A DNA stretch of 23,506 nucleotides from a virus (lineage: Duplodnaviria; Heunggongvirae; Uroviricota; Caudoviricetes). This document shows positions 1-8,312 of this stretch, piece by piece (the stretch's first letter is position 1; each line of letters starts with the position of its first letter). The translations under genes were made by a program, and so were the position numbers. The stretch is from positions 1-23,506 of IMG/VR virus record IMGVR_UViG_648276653_000011; one strand, given 5' to 3'. The notes beneath the pieces are model-generated. The model was not told where the DNA came from. It saw only the letters and a program-made list of their open reading frames with translations, and ran no database searches.

Positions 1-1966
1 GACGGAGCAGGAAGCTCACGCCCTTCACCACCTTCGGTGTGTCCCATCGCGCCAGCACCTGATATTCCCCGCTGTCTGCGGTGACTTCGGCGGTCAGATG
101 CTGCACTGCTGGCGGCGTGACACCATTCACCGTGCCGCTCTGGTCGCCGTCAAAGTGCGCCCCGTTATCCACGATGGCCTCTTTTTCCGGCACATGCTGC
201 ACGGCAGTGATGGCATACGTGCCGTCGTCGTTCTCACGGATACTCACGCAGCGGAACAGGCGCTGGCGCAGCGTCGGCAGCTTCAGCCCCCACACGCTGT
301 ATCCGGCAACGCCGTCAGGAACACGGCTCACTTTCACCTTCACGCCGTCGGTGACGGACTGAACCTCCACGCTGACCGGATTGCCACTTCCGTCAACCAG
401 GCTTATCAGCGTGGTACCGGAGGATGGCAGCGTGATTTCACGGTCGAGCGTCAGCGTCCGGGTCTGGCTGTTCACCGCCAGCACACGCCCGCCGGTGCTG
501 ATCCCCGCATAGTCATCATCACAGATTTCAATGACATCGCCCGGTACATGGCGAAGCCCTTCTGCGCCCACGCTGAAGTCCACGGTCTGCGTCTCCAGCA
601 GCTCCGTTTTAATCAGCCACAGCCCGGCGCGGTGTGCCTGCCCCCGGCTGGTACAGCCAAAGGCATCCATCTTCGTGACGTTACGACCGTAACGGACAAT
701 GGCCTGCGTATCCTCCACAAGCTCTGTCGCCGTCTCCCAGCCGTTATTCGGGTCAATCCAGTTCACCTCAACGGCATTATGACGGTCCTTCAGGGCGCTG
801 AAGCTGTAGCGGAACGGCGCGCCATCATCCGGCATCACCACATTACTGCGGTTATAGGTCCACACCTTATCCGATGGCCGGTCCTGCACGAACGTCAGCG
901 TCTGCCCGTTCCATACCGGCATACAGCGCATCGCCGAGCAGAAATCACTGAGCACATCCCACGCCTTGCGCTGCGTGGTCAGCCAGGCATTACAGGTGAT
1001 ACGCGGTTCCGTGCCACCAAAGCCATCCGGCACCGACTGGTCGCAATTCTGGCCGATGACATACAGCGCCCATTTATCCACATCCGCCGCACCAAGACGT
1101 TTCCCCATGCCGTAGCGCGGATGGGTCAGCATATCCCACAGACACCAGGCCATGTTATTGCTGTATGCCGGTTTTAACGTTCCGTCCCAGATACCGCTGT
1201 ATTGCCGCGTCTGCGGGTTATAGTTCGACGGCACCTGCAGAATGCGCCCGCGAAGATGATAATTACGGCTCACCTGCTGGCTGCCGAACTGCTCCGAGTC
1301 CACCTGCACGCCGACCAGTGCCGTGTTCGGGTAGCACTGTTTCACATCGATGATTTCGGTGTATGACGACCAGAGCGTTTTGTTCTGCAGCTGGTCTGTG
1401 GTGCTGTCCGGCGTCATCCTGCGCATCCGTATATTGAACGGGCGCGGCGGCAGGTTACCCACCACCACCGAGGCCAGATACTGCGAGGTGGTTTTGCCCT
1501 TAATGGTGATGTCTTTTTCCGTCACCCAGCCACCATTACGCTGTATCTGAACCAGCAGACGGACTTCCGACGGATTCCTGTCACCCTTTGAGGTGGTTTC
1601 CACCAGTGCCTGTACACCGAAGGTAAAGCGCAGACGGTCGATGTTTGCCGACGTAATGGTGCGGGTGATCGGCGTGTCATATTTCACTTCCGTACCCAGC
1701 ACCGTCTCGGAGCCGGAGGATTCAAATCCCTCCGGCGGTGACTGCTCCTGCTCACCTGCCCGGAACACCACCGTGACGCCGGATATATTGGTATTCCCCT
1801 CACTGTCCAGCACCGGCGTACTGTTCAGCAGCACGCTTTTTAATCCATCCACCGGACCTTCAACCGGCCCTTCGCTGATGGCATCAATCACACTCAGCAG
1901 CTGCGTGGATTTCAGGTTGTCCTTCGCTTCGCGCGGGGTATGCCCCTTACTGCTGCCTTTACCCAT
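1..1966 (-). CDS. J: Host specificity / central tail fibre protein J, N-terminal ~655 codons; 3' end lies outside the window
   Basis: Minus-strand frame from the ATG at 1966 translates as MGKGSSKGHTPREAKDNLKSTQLLSVIDAISEGP..., matching my recollection of the lambda J N-terminus; frame appeared open to the window edge on manual translation; GGAGC Shine-Dalgarno just upstream; follows I as in lambda. Not in the ORF track because no stop falls inside the window. Confidence 0.85.
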   Translation of the reverse strand, partial: MGKGSSKGHTPREAKDNLKSTQLLSVIDAISEGPVEGPVDGLKSVLLNSTPVLDSEGNTNISGVTVVFRAGEQEQSPPEGFESSGSETVLGTEVKYDTPITRTITSANIDRLRFTFGVQALVETTSKGDRNPSEVRLLVQIQRNGGWVTEKDITIKGKTTSQYLASVVVGNLPPRPFNIRMRRMTPDSTTDQLQNKTLWSSYTEIIDVKQCYPNTALVGVQVDSEQFGSQQVSRNYHLRGRILQVPSNYNPQTRQYSGIWDGTLKPAYSNNMAWCLWDMLTHPRYGMGKRLGAADVDKWALYVIGQNCDQSVPDGFGGTEPRITCNAWLTTQRKAWDVLSDFCSAMRCMPVWNGQTLTFVQDRPSDKVWTYNRSNVVMPDDGAPFRYSFSALKDRHNAVEVNWIDPNNGWETATELVEDTQAIVRYGRNVTKMDAFGCTSRGQAHRAGLWLIKTELLETQTVDFSVGAEGLRHVPGDVIEICDDDYAGISTGGRVLAVNSQTRTLTLDREITLPSSGTTLISLVDGSGNPVSVEVQSVTDGVKVKVSRVPDGVAGYSVWGLKLPTLRQRLFRCVSIRENDDGTYAITAVQHVPEKEAIVDNGAHFDGDQSGTVNGVTPPAVQHLTAEVTADSGEYQVLARWDTPKVVKGVSFLLR

Positions 1967-1988
1967 TCGTCATGCTCCATAAACGATA

Positions 1989-2008
1989 AAACCGCCCGGA
2001 GGCGGTTT
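1989..2008 (-). promoter_or_regulatory. GC-rich hairpin (8-bp stem AAACCGCC/GGCGGTTT, 4-nt loop) in the I-J intergenic spacer
   Basis: Perfect inverted repeat read directly from the sequence between the I stop (2027) and J start (1966); followed on the minus strand by TATCGTTT, a weak U-tract. Confidence 0.3.
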
Positions 2009-2026
2009 CACATAAAACGTTTTTCA

Positions 2027-2674
2027 TCAGCGACCAATCACCACAACCTGACCACCATCACCTTCATCTGCTGTGCTGATCTCCTGAGATACCACACGTG
2101 ATCCCACGCGCATTTCACCGTACAGAACGGGCAGAACATTGCCCTGGGCAACCATATTATCCAGTGAAGAAAAATAGGTGTTCTGTTTGCCGTTATCTGT
2201 ACTGGCTGCCGTGGGCGTCCTGGCTTTCGGTGCCAGCATCTGCGCCACACCACCCAGGATCATACTGGCCCCTGCTGCATACAGACCCGATACAGCCGCG
2301 GCCCCCAGCCAGCCAACAGGGTTCCACCATGCCACCGCAATCAGCGCCGCACCCAGCACCGCCTGAAACACACCGCCACTTTTGGCACCCGCCAGACGCG
2401 GAACGACGTGGATCACGGCACCATTTGCCAGCGGTTCATTAAGACGGGCAGATAATTCATTTTCGCCTGCATCACGCCCGGAAATGCGCACCTGATACCA
2501 GCCCTCATTCAGTTTCTGGCGAAACGACGGAAGCTGTGTGGCCAGCGCCCGGATGGCTTCAGCCCCCGTTTTCACACGAAGGTCGATGCGGCGACCAAAT
2601 CGTTGTAAATCCCCGTAAAGGCAGATGCGTGCCATGCCCGGTGACGCCAGAGGGAGTGTGTGCGTCGCTGCCAT
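2027..2674 (-). CDS. I: Tail tip assembly protein I
   Basis: 215-aa ORF; MAATHTLPLASPGMARICLYGDLQRFGRRIDL... and C-terminal ...NGKQNTYFSSLDNMVAQGNVLPVLYGEMRVGSRVVSQEISTADEGDGGQVVVIGR match recalled lambda gpI; ATG at 2674; overlaps K 3' end as in lambda. Confidence 0.9.
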   Translation of the reverse strand: MAATHTLPLASPGMARICLYGDLQRFGRRIDLRVKTGAEAIRALATQLPSFRQKLNEGWYQVRISGRDAGENELSARLNEPLANGAVIHVVPRLAGAKSGGVFQAVLGAALIAVAWWNPVGWLGAAAVSGLYAAGASMILGGVAQMLAPKARTPTAASTDNGKQNTYFSSLDNMVAQGNVLPVLYGEMRVGSRVVSQEISTADEGDGGQVVVIGR

Positions 2675-3315
2675 TTGTCGGTATACCTCTCTCGTTTGCT
2701 CAGTTGTTCAGGAATATGGTGCAGCAGCTCGCCGTCACCACAGTAAATGGCGGCATGATTCGTCACCGATGAACCAAAACAGCACAGCAGCACATCGCCC
2801 GGCTGCGCCGCTGACAACGGCACCTGATACAGCCCTGTGGCCTCCAGATTATCCAGATAGAGATTCTGACCGTGACGCCACCAGTCATCCTCGCGATGAA
2901 AATCCGGCATCTCAATCCCCGCCAGATGGTAAGCATCCCGGAACAGCGTGTAACAGTCCGTCACCCCGTGCTCAAAGCGCCGCCCGGTAAGATGTGGCAC
3001 ACAGCGGAACTTGTGAATCGCCCCCCGGCAGACCAGCCACCACGGCAAATCACTCTGCACCTGCAGCCGCCTGTCGGCCTCACTCAGCCAGGGCAGACCA
3101 CCGGGGTGGCTGTGGACCAGCGCCACAATCTCACCCTGCATTTCTGCCTGCAGCCAGTCTTCCGGCGACATACGGAAATACGCCTCCGGCTCACCGGAAA
3201 TATTCACGCAGGGAAAATATCTTTCCCCCTCCGGCGCTCTCACCACGAAGCCGCACGACTCCGCTGGCGCACATCGCCGGGCGTGCGCCAGAATCGCTGA
3301 TTCTGTCTCTGTCAT
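2572..3315 (-). CDS. K: Tail tip assembly protein K (JAB/MPN metalloprotease-like plus NlpC/P60-like domains)
   Basis: Internal ATG at 3315 gives MTETESAILAHARRCAPAESCGF...; JAMM-like motif HSHPGGLPWLSEAD and NlpC/P60-like Cys context GVTDCYTLF visible; the track ORF 2572..3390 is an upstream in-frame extension that would overlap L. Confidence 0.85.
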   Translation of the reverse strand: MTETESAILAHARRCAPAESCGFVVRAPEGERYFPCVNISGEPEAYFRMSPEDWLQAEMQGEIVALVHSHPGGLPWLSEADRRLQVQSDLPWWLVCRGAIHKFRCVPHLTGRRFEHGVTDCYTLFRDAYHLAGIEMPDFHREDDWWRHGQNLYLDNLEATGLYQVPLSAAQPGDVLLCCFGSSVTNHAAIYCGDGELLHHIPEQLSKRERYTDKWQRRTHSLWRHRAWHASAFTGIYNDLVAASTFV

Positions 3316-3319
3316 GGGA

Positions 3320-4018
3320 TTACTGCGAAAGTTTGTTAATGGAAAGGAAGCCGCCAAAGTTGCCGACGTTATTGCGAAACTTACAGCCACTCAGGCATTT
3401 GCTGCATTTATCCTTCGTGATATCGGACGTCGGCTGGTCATATTCATCCGCGACAGCCGGACCGTGATAACCGCACTCATCACCGCGATAGGTCCAGGTG
3501 CAGGTATTAGCCAGCATGATACGTCCCGGAAAAACGGCACCATCCGTTTCCGTCGGTGTGGAGAGCACAAAGGAGGCACTGACCGCGCTCAGTTCGCTGC
3601 ACTGCTCGATGCGCCAGCGGCTGATCACCTCCTGCTCCGGATCGGCTTCACTGTTTCCGTTGACGAAGTTCACCGCATCCAGAAAACGGGCGTAAACCTT
3701 ACGCCTGACCACCGTTCCGCCGACCAGACTCTGCAGGTCTTCCGCCATACCGGTGACCATGCCGTGCAGGTTAGATACCTTAAGTGTGGGACGTGCGCTG
3801 CTGCCCTTACCGTTCATCTCAAAGCCGCTCCCCTGAATGGGATACTCCTGATACTGCCTCCCCTGCCAGGTAACCGGCTCACCTTTTTCGTTCTGCTCAT
3901 TACAGAAAAAATAACGTTCACCACCGACCTCTGTCAGATCGATTTCCCAGAGCACGACCAGCGCGGATTGCTCCGATTTAGTGCACTCATTGAGTGTTTC
4001 CTGCTGTATATCCTGCAT
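3320..4018 (-). CDS. L: Minor tail protein L
   Basis: 232-aa ORF MQDIQQETLNECTKSEQSALVVLWEIDLTEVGGERYFFCNEQNEKGEPVTWQGRQYQ... lambda gpL-like; ATG at 4018 overlaps the M stop (TGATG). Confidence 0.9.
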   Translation of the reverse strand: MQDIQQETLNECTKSEQSALVVLWEIDLTEVGGERYFFCNEQNEKGEPVTWQGRQYQEYPIQGSGFEMNGKGSSARPTLKVSNLHGMVTGMAEDLQSLVGGTVVRRKVYARFLDAVNFVNGNSEADPEQEVISRWRIEQCSELSAVSASFVLSTPTETDGAVFPGRIMLANTCTWTYRGDECGYHGPAVADEYDQPTSDITKDKCSKCLSGCKFRNNVGNFGGFLSINKLSQ

Positions 4019-4359
4019 CAGTGAGTGACCTCTTCAAAGGTACAGTTAAAATCGGTATACATGGCATTATCCGAAATACTCCACTCCCTGCAGACAACCC
4101 GGACGGTCCTGTTATATTTTGGCGGACGCCACAAAAAAGCACGCATCCCGGCATGACGGGATAAAAAACTGTCCAGCGCGGCACGGGAATATTCATCCGT
4201 GACACGAAATACCGGTTTAAACGTTTTCAGATCTGCATTCAGACCACCAGCCCGTCGCTGTTCATATCCGTCACCAAACTTTACCGTAATAACTGATGGC
4301 TTTCGTGTCGTCTCCATCCCCTCACGGGGGATCCAGTTAAAAACTTCAGGCTCAGGCAC
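4018..4359 (-). CDS. M: Minor tail protein M
   Basis: ...VITVKFGDGYEQRRAGGLNADLKTF... parallels recalled lambda gpM ...VRKVRFGDGYSQRAPAGLNANLKTY...; preferred start is GTG at 4359 with GGAGGA 7 nt upstream; alternative starts ATG 4374 or TTG 4404. Confidence 0.8.
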   Translation of the reverse strand: MPEPEVFNWIPREGMETTRKPSVITVKFGDGYEQRRAGGLNADLKTFKPVFRVTDEYSRAALDSFLSRHAGMRAFLWRPPKYNRTVRVVCREWSISDNAMYTDFNCTFEEVTH

Positions 4360-7300
4360 TGTACAATCCTCCATCCCGACGCGATGACTGCATAATTGAC
4401 ACAACCCTGCTGTCGATCAGATCCACCAGTCCCCTGGCTGAGCGCGCATCTATCTCGCCATTGCTCCCTTGATTCTGAATGCTGATGTGATACACGGGAG
4501 AATAAACCAACCCCCCCGCCACTATTCACATTGCCAATGGCTCTGACCCCAAGAGAGCCGTCCGCTGCCCGTGTCAGTGGCATGATAGCTTCAGGCCCGG
4601 CCTCGCCCATCAGCCCGGCGCCTTTCGCAAAAGCAAAATACGTCGGTGTATCCACAATAGTGTTACTGTAAGCACTCAGATTTGCCGATGTGTAAACACC
4701 ACCTTTTGCGTTTGCCACCGCCCCCGAAATCCATCCGCCGACCGTACCAAGCCACCATCCGGCACCGGAGAGTGACTTCAGTCCGTTAACAATGGCCGCA
4801 TTCATCAGAATTTTTGAAACTTCCTGGAGAATTGAACTCCCCCAGTTTCTCCAGTCCACAACATTTCCGGCCAGTGCATCGGAAATATTTGATACCAGCC
4901 CGTCCATAGTGGAAACGACAGCATCTGCCGCCTGCGAAGCATAATCGGTGGCACTGTCTGCCCAGTTGGTCAGCCCCTCCTGGAGTCCTGCATTCCAGTT
5001 ATTACGTAAAGCATCGGCCTTTGCATAATAATCCTGCTGATCGCTGAGACGCTCTTCCAGATATTTTTTATTCAGTTCTTTCTCCTGTTTCCACAGGGCT
5101 TCTTCAATTTCTCCGGCCTGATACTGTCTCAGCAGCTCGTTATTTTTCTGCTCAAACTCATGCCGGATACTCCACATTTCCTGGAGTCGTTCGCGCATCC
5201 GTGAGCCTTCACCATATCCCAGTAACTGCGCGTCGTTAGACGCCCGGGTACTGGCATTACTGTCCGCCAGGCTGCTTTCATACGCAGCAAGCTGCTCACG
5301 AATCTTTTTCTGGTCGATGAGTGCTGCATTCTGCAAAAGCGTTTTTTTCTGCGCTTCTGACAGGGTTGATAATTCGCCCTGACTGACCTGATATTTCATC
5401 TTAGCCAGTTCAGTATTCTGCCCTGCCAGTGCTATCTGTTCTTTTTGCTGTTTAATCAGCCGTTTATAAATATCTTCTGTTTTTTCCGCTTCGGTCTTTT
5501 TATGCGCTTTGGGTTTATTTGCCTGGTTATTTCGCCAGGCATCCAGTGAGTTATTGATATAATTCTGTCTGGCTGTCTGATACGCCTCTCCCACAAAGCC
5601 AAGATCATCCGCAGCATAGCCCAGTCGAGCACGCTCACGCGCTTCCCCCTTAAGGCGGGACAGAGCCAGTTCGCGCTTGCTGTTATTCAGTGCGGTCTGC
5701 TGTTTATCATCCAGGGTTGTCTGTGGTAGCCGTAACGGTACATTCACCAGCCCCTGTCGCTGCTGAAGTAATTCATTACCAAGCCCAAGAAGGCGATTAA
5801 ACTCGGTATGCTGCCCATTCATGATCAACAGGGACTGATACGCTTTGTTTTGTTCCGCCGCCTGTTGACGGATCAACGCAACCCGCCGCTCCTCCAGCCC
5901 GGCAAGCACATCCTGAATGGATTGCGCTTTGCCCTGCATTTGTGTGAGACGGGACTGTTCAACTGCCAGTTGATTTGTTGCTTCTGCAAGCCCTTCTGTG
6001 ACTGTTTTTACCGACGTCATGTGGTTAATCATAAAACCGTTATCGGTTGTCCAGCCCGGGTTTGCCAGCACATACTGATAGCCAGCAATTTTTTCCTGTA
6101 AGGATTTAATCTTACTTTTCTGCTCGTCAATTAACCTGTTTTGCTCATCAAGTGCCTGCCGCGTCTTTTCCTCATTATCTGACGCTTCAGGAAGCGACAT
6201 TGCCGACGTTTTCTGGCGAATTTCGTCGATTGTTGCGGCATACTGGCGTGCAGATTCTCTGGCCTGCTCCTGATTCTGATACATCGTGTACCAGGCCGTC
6301 GCCCCCAGCATGACGAGTCCCGGCACACCACCAACCAGCCCTAGCGCACCACTTAACAGACGACTCCCCACTGACGTGACAGTATTCAGCGTTGTCTGCG
6401 CCGCTGTTCTGGCCGCAATATTACGGGTAAGTGACGCCTGAGCAGCTGTCAGCTTCGCTTCTGCTGCGGCCTGCCTTTCGGTACCGCGAGCAGCAACAAC
6501 CGCCTGTTGCGCACGATAAACCGCCGCACGCGCCCTGGCGGTTGCTATCTGTGTCCCCCGAAGTTGCGCTTCAGCAAGAGCCACTTCGTTTCTGGCTGCA
6601 GTAATTAATCCGGCAGTTGCAGATCCAGCAGACGACGCCATATTGCCAAAATATCGGGCTACCCCGACGGCAACCAGTGCGCCAGCTGCAGCAGCCACGG
6701 TATCAATATTGTCTGCAACACCATTCAGCACACCGGAGAGTGTCTTTGTCACTCCGCTTGCCTCGTTCGCACCACCAACCCAGGCCATAAAGGCGTTTTC
6801 AACTTTGGTTGCAGAGGATGAAACAGTATCAGGCATTGCTGCATATTCATCACGCAACGCCCCAAGCTGACTAATCAGTGCAGGAACAACCTTATCGGCG
6901 GTCAGTTTTCCGTTATCCGCCATGGCCTTCAGATCCTTACGGGCAACCCCCATTCCCGCAGCCAGCGCACGAATAACACGATCGCCGTTCTCATTCACCG
7001 AGTTAAACTCTTCACCGCGCAGCACTCCCTGCGCCAGTGCCTGACTGAACTGCATGATCACCGAACTGGCTTCTGCTGTACTGGCACCGGATAATTTCAG
7101 GCCCGTGGAGATCGCCTCGGTGACTTTCAGTACCTCCTCAGAACTGTAACCATACTCCCGCATGGAAGCTGCAGAACGGGCAAAAAGGCTGGCGTTATCA
7201 GAAAACGCCGTCCCCGTTCTCTGGCTGATCGCCATTAATTCACGCTGTGATGCCTGAAAATCATCACTGGACTGTGAGGCCTGCTTCAGACGGGCATTTA

Positions 7301-7586
7301 CTGAATTCCACTCATCGGCGAGAGAAATAAGATGACCGGTAGCAAAAGCCCCGGCAAATGCCCCCGCCATATTCAGTGCCGAAGATTTAGCTGTATTTAT
7401 CTGATCCGTCACTTCTGCCAGTGCACGCCGCATTTCACGGGAGGCAGCAGCAGACTGTTGGCCTCCGTTCTGCATGGTGCGGTAGTAATCCTGCCCCATA
7501 CGCGAAGCCCGGGAGATCTCTGACTGGAATGACCGGGAGTTTGCCGAGATTTTAATAATCAGTTCACGTAATGTCGCCACACTCAT
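4281..7586 (-). CDS. H: Tail tape measure protein H; C-terminal ~70 codons as read are probably out of the authentic frame (see findings)
   Basis: 1101-aa ORF MSVATLRELIIKISANSRSFQSEI...; long Ala/Gln-rich coiled-coil-like body; position between G-T and M. After the G7 tract (plus-strand C7 at 4511..4517) the translation becomes Arg/Trp/Cys-rich and overlaps M by ~78 nt. Confidence 0.8.
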   Translation of the reverse strand: MSVATLRELIIKISANSRSFQSEISRASRMGQDYYRTMQNGGQQSAAASREMRRALAEVTDQINTAKSSALNMAGAFAGAFATGHLISLADEWNSVNARLKQASQSSDDFQASQRELMAISQRTGTAFSDNASLFARSAASMREYGYSSEEVLKVTEAISTGLKLSGASTAEASSVIMQFSQALAQGVLRGEEFNSVNENGDRVIRALAAGMGVARKDLKAMADNGKLTADKVVPALISQLGALRDEYAAMPDTVSSSATKVENAFMAWVGGANEASGVTKTLSGVLNGVADNIDTVAAAAGALVAVGVARYFGNMASSAGSATAGLITAARNEVALAEAQLRGTQIATARARAAVYRAQQAVVAARGTERQAAAEAKLTAAQASLTRNIAARTAAQTTLNTVTSVGSRLLSGALGLVGGVPGLVMLGATAWYTMYQNQEQARESARQYAATIDEIRQKTSAMSLPEASDNEEKTRQALDEQNRLIDEQKSKIKSLQEKIAGYQYVLANPGWTTDNGFMINHMTSVKTVTEGLAEATNQLAVEQSRLTQMQGKAQSIQDVLAGLEERRVALIRQQAAEQNKAYQSLLIMNGQHTEFNRLLGLGNELLQQRQGLVNVPLRLPQTTLDDKQQTALNNSKRELALSRLKGEARERARLGYAADDLGFVGEAYQTARQNYINNSLDAWRNNQANKPKAHKKTEAEKTEDIYKRLIKQQKEQIALAGQNTELAKMKYQVSQGELSTLSEAQKKTLLQNAALIDQKKIREQLAAYESSLADSNASTRASNDAQLLGYGEGSRMRERLQEMWSIRHEFEQKNNELLRQYQAGEIEEALWKQEKELNKKYLEERLSDQQDYYAKADALRNNWNAGLQEGLTNWADSATDYASQAADAVVSTMDGLVSNISDALAGNVVDWRNWGSSILQEVSKILMNAAIVNGLKSLSGAGWWLGTVGGWISGAVANAKGGVYTSANLSAYSNTIVDTPTYFAFAKGAGLMGEAGPEAIMPLTRAADGSLGVRAIGNVNSGGGVGLFSRVSHQHSESREQWRDRCALSQGTGGSDRQQGCVNYAVIASGWRIVQCLSLKFLTGSPVRGWRRHESHQLLR

Positions 7587-7596
7587 TCTCCGGACG

Positions 7597-7617
7597 AAAA
7601 AAACCGCCGAAGCGGTT
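7597..7617 (-). terminator. Terminator-like hairpin (AACCGC-TTCG-GCGGTT) plus T-run between the G-T stop and H start
   Basis: Plus strand shows A7 followed by CCGCCGAAGCGG; on the minus strand this is a stem-loop followed by a T-tract ~10 nt upstream of the H start codon. Confidence 0.35.
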
Positions 7618-7625
7618 ATGTTGAC

Positions 7626-7955
7626 TCACTGAGACACTATTAAAAGCGCGTTTTCCAGTCCGGCAAATGGATCTGAAGCGCCTTCTGTCTGCTCCTTCTC
7701 CCACTGAAGAAGCGCATCATTCAGTGACACTTTGACCCCCTGCGCACCGTAAACAGCTGAAACAATCTGGGCAGCCCGGAAATCAGCCCGTTCGTCCCCC
7801 AGCGGGCTGAACCTGTCAAATTCTGCCCACATCATGATTTCTGATGCGGACATTTCCCGGCGTAACTCTGACAATGTGCGCCCCATCCTGAGCGCCAGCA
7901 TCATCAGAAAACGCATCCCCGGAAGCGCTACTTTTTTTAACCTCGCCGGCATCAC
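7626..7955 (-). CDS. T: T-frame extension of the tail assembly chaperone (G-T fusion product)
   Basis: 109-codon open frame overlapping the 3' end of G in the +1 frame, ending 40 nt before H; T frame opens just upstream of the A7 tract; arrangement matches the conserved G/GT chaperone pair upstream of tape-measure genes. Confidence 0.65.
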   Translation of the reverse strand: MMPARLKKVALPGMRFLMMLALRMGRTLSELRREMSASEIMMWAEFDRFSPLGDERADFRAAQIVSAVYGAQGVKVSLNDALLQWEKEQTEGASDPFAGLENALLIVSQ

Positions 7956-8298
7956 TGATCAGTTCCAGAGACTGCCGAAGAAGCCGCGCATGCACCGGGC
8001 CATACACGGCAATCACCTGTTCACGATCATCCTCTGAAAATACGGGTTGCAGTCCGGTATCACACAGAACATCAATGAACAGTTCAACATCTGCCTCCAG
8101 ATTTCGGCGGGCGCGCTCCGCAACGGATAACGGTGTCTCATCATCTTTTGCTTTAACGATCTCCTGCCAGCGCAACCAGGCTTCTGCAGAAGGTTCCCGT
8201 AACACAACCGTTGCTCCCTCCCATTCAGGCACATCAACGGTTTTATGGCGAAACCCCGACATCGTTGCCAGTGCCAGATTACGGATATTTTTAGTCAT
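7816..8298 (-). CDS. G: Tail assembly chaperone G
   Basis: ORF between the major tail gene and the tape measure; ATG at 8298 has GAGGA 8 nt upstream (alternative coupled ATG at 8313 overlapping the V stop as TAATG); acidic C-terminus. Confidence 0.7.
   Translation of the reverse strand: MTKNIRNLALATMSGFRHKTVDVPEWEGATVVLREPSAEAWLRWQEIVKAKDDETPLSVAERARRNLEADVELFIDVLCDTGLQPVFSEDDREQVIAVYGPVHARLLRQSLELISDAGEVKKSSASGDAFSDDAGAQDGAHIVRVTPGNVRIRNHDVGRI
7932..7938 (-). other. Putative programmed frameshift slippery tract (A7 on the coding strand) linking G to the T frame
   Basis: G frame reads GAG GTT AAA AAA AGT AGC; T frame reads AGG TTA AAA AAA GTA GCG; the -1 frame hits TAG immediately, so only a +1 (or -2) shift joins G to T. 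Confidence 0.5.
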
Positions 8299-8312
8299 CA
8301 CATCCATCCTCA

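Noticed and set aside
81-1982. Plus-strand ORFs 81..362, 98..1177, 1165..1353, 1350..1550 and 1593..1982
   Set aside because: All lie antisense to the lambda-J-like minus-strand frame, which translates cleanly from MGKGSSKGHTPREAK...; they are Arg/His/Pro-rich artefacts of GC-rich coding DNA.
2038-3467. Overlapping ORFs within the I, K and L genes on both strands (2038..2253, 2098..2442, 2178..2366, 2536..2772, 2625..2990, 2872..3300, 2994..3467, 3314..4024, 3391..3579, 3498..3695, 3987..4205, 4199..4387)
   Set aside because: Alternative-frame or antisense reads of the well-supported I, K, L and M genes; compositions are typical of out-of-frame GC-rich sequence.
5129-7523. ORFs inside or antisense to the tape-measure gene (5129..5329, 5456..5638, 5808..6101, 6131..6334, 6643..6870, 7332..7523)
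   Set aside because: Embedded in the continuous 1101-codon H frame; no independent RBS or coding evidence.
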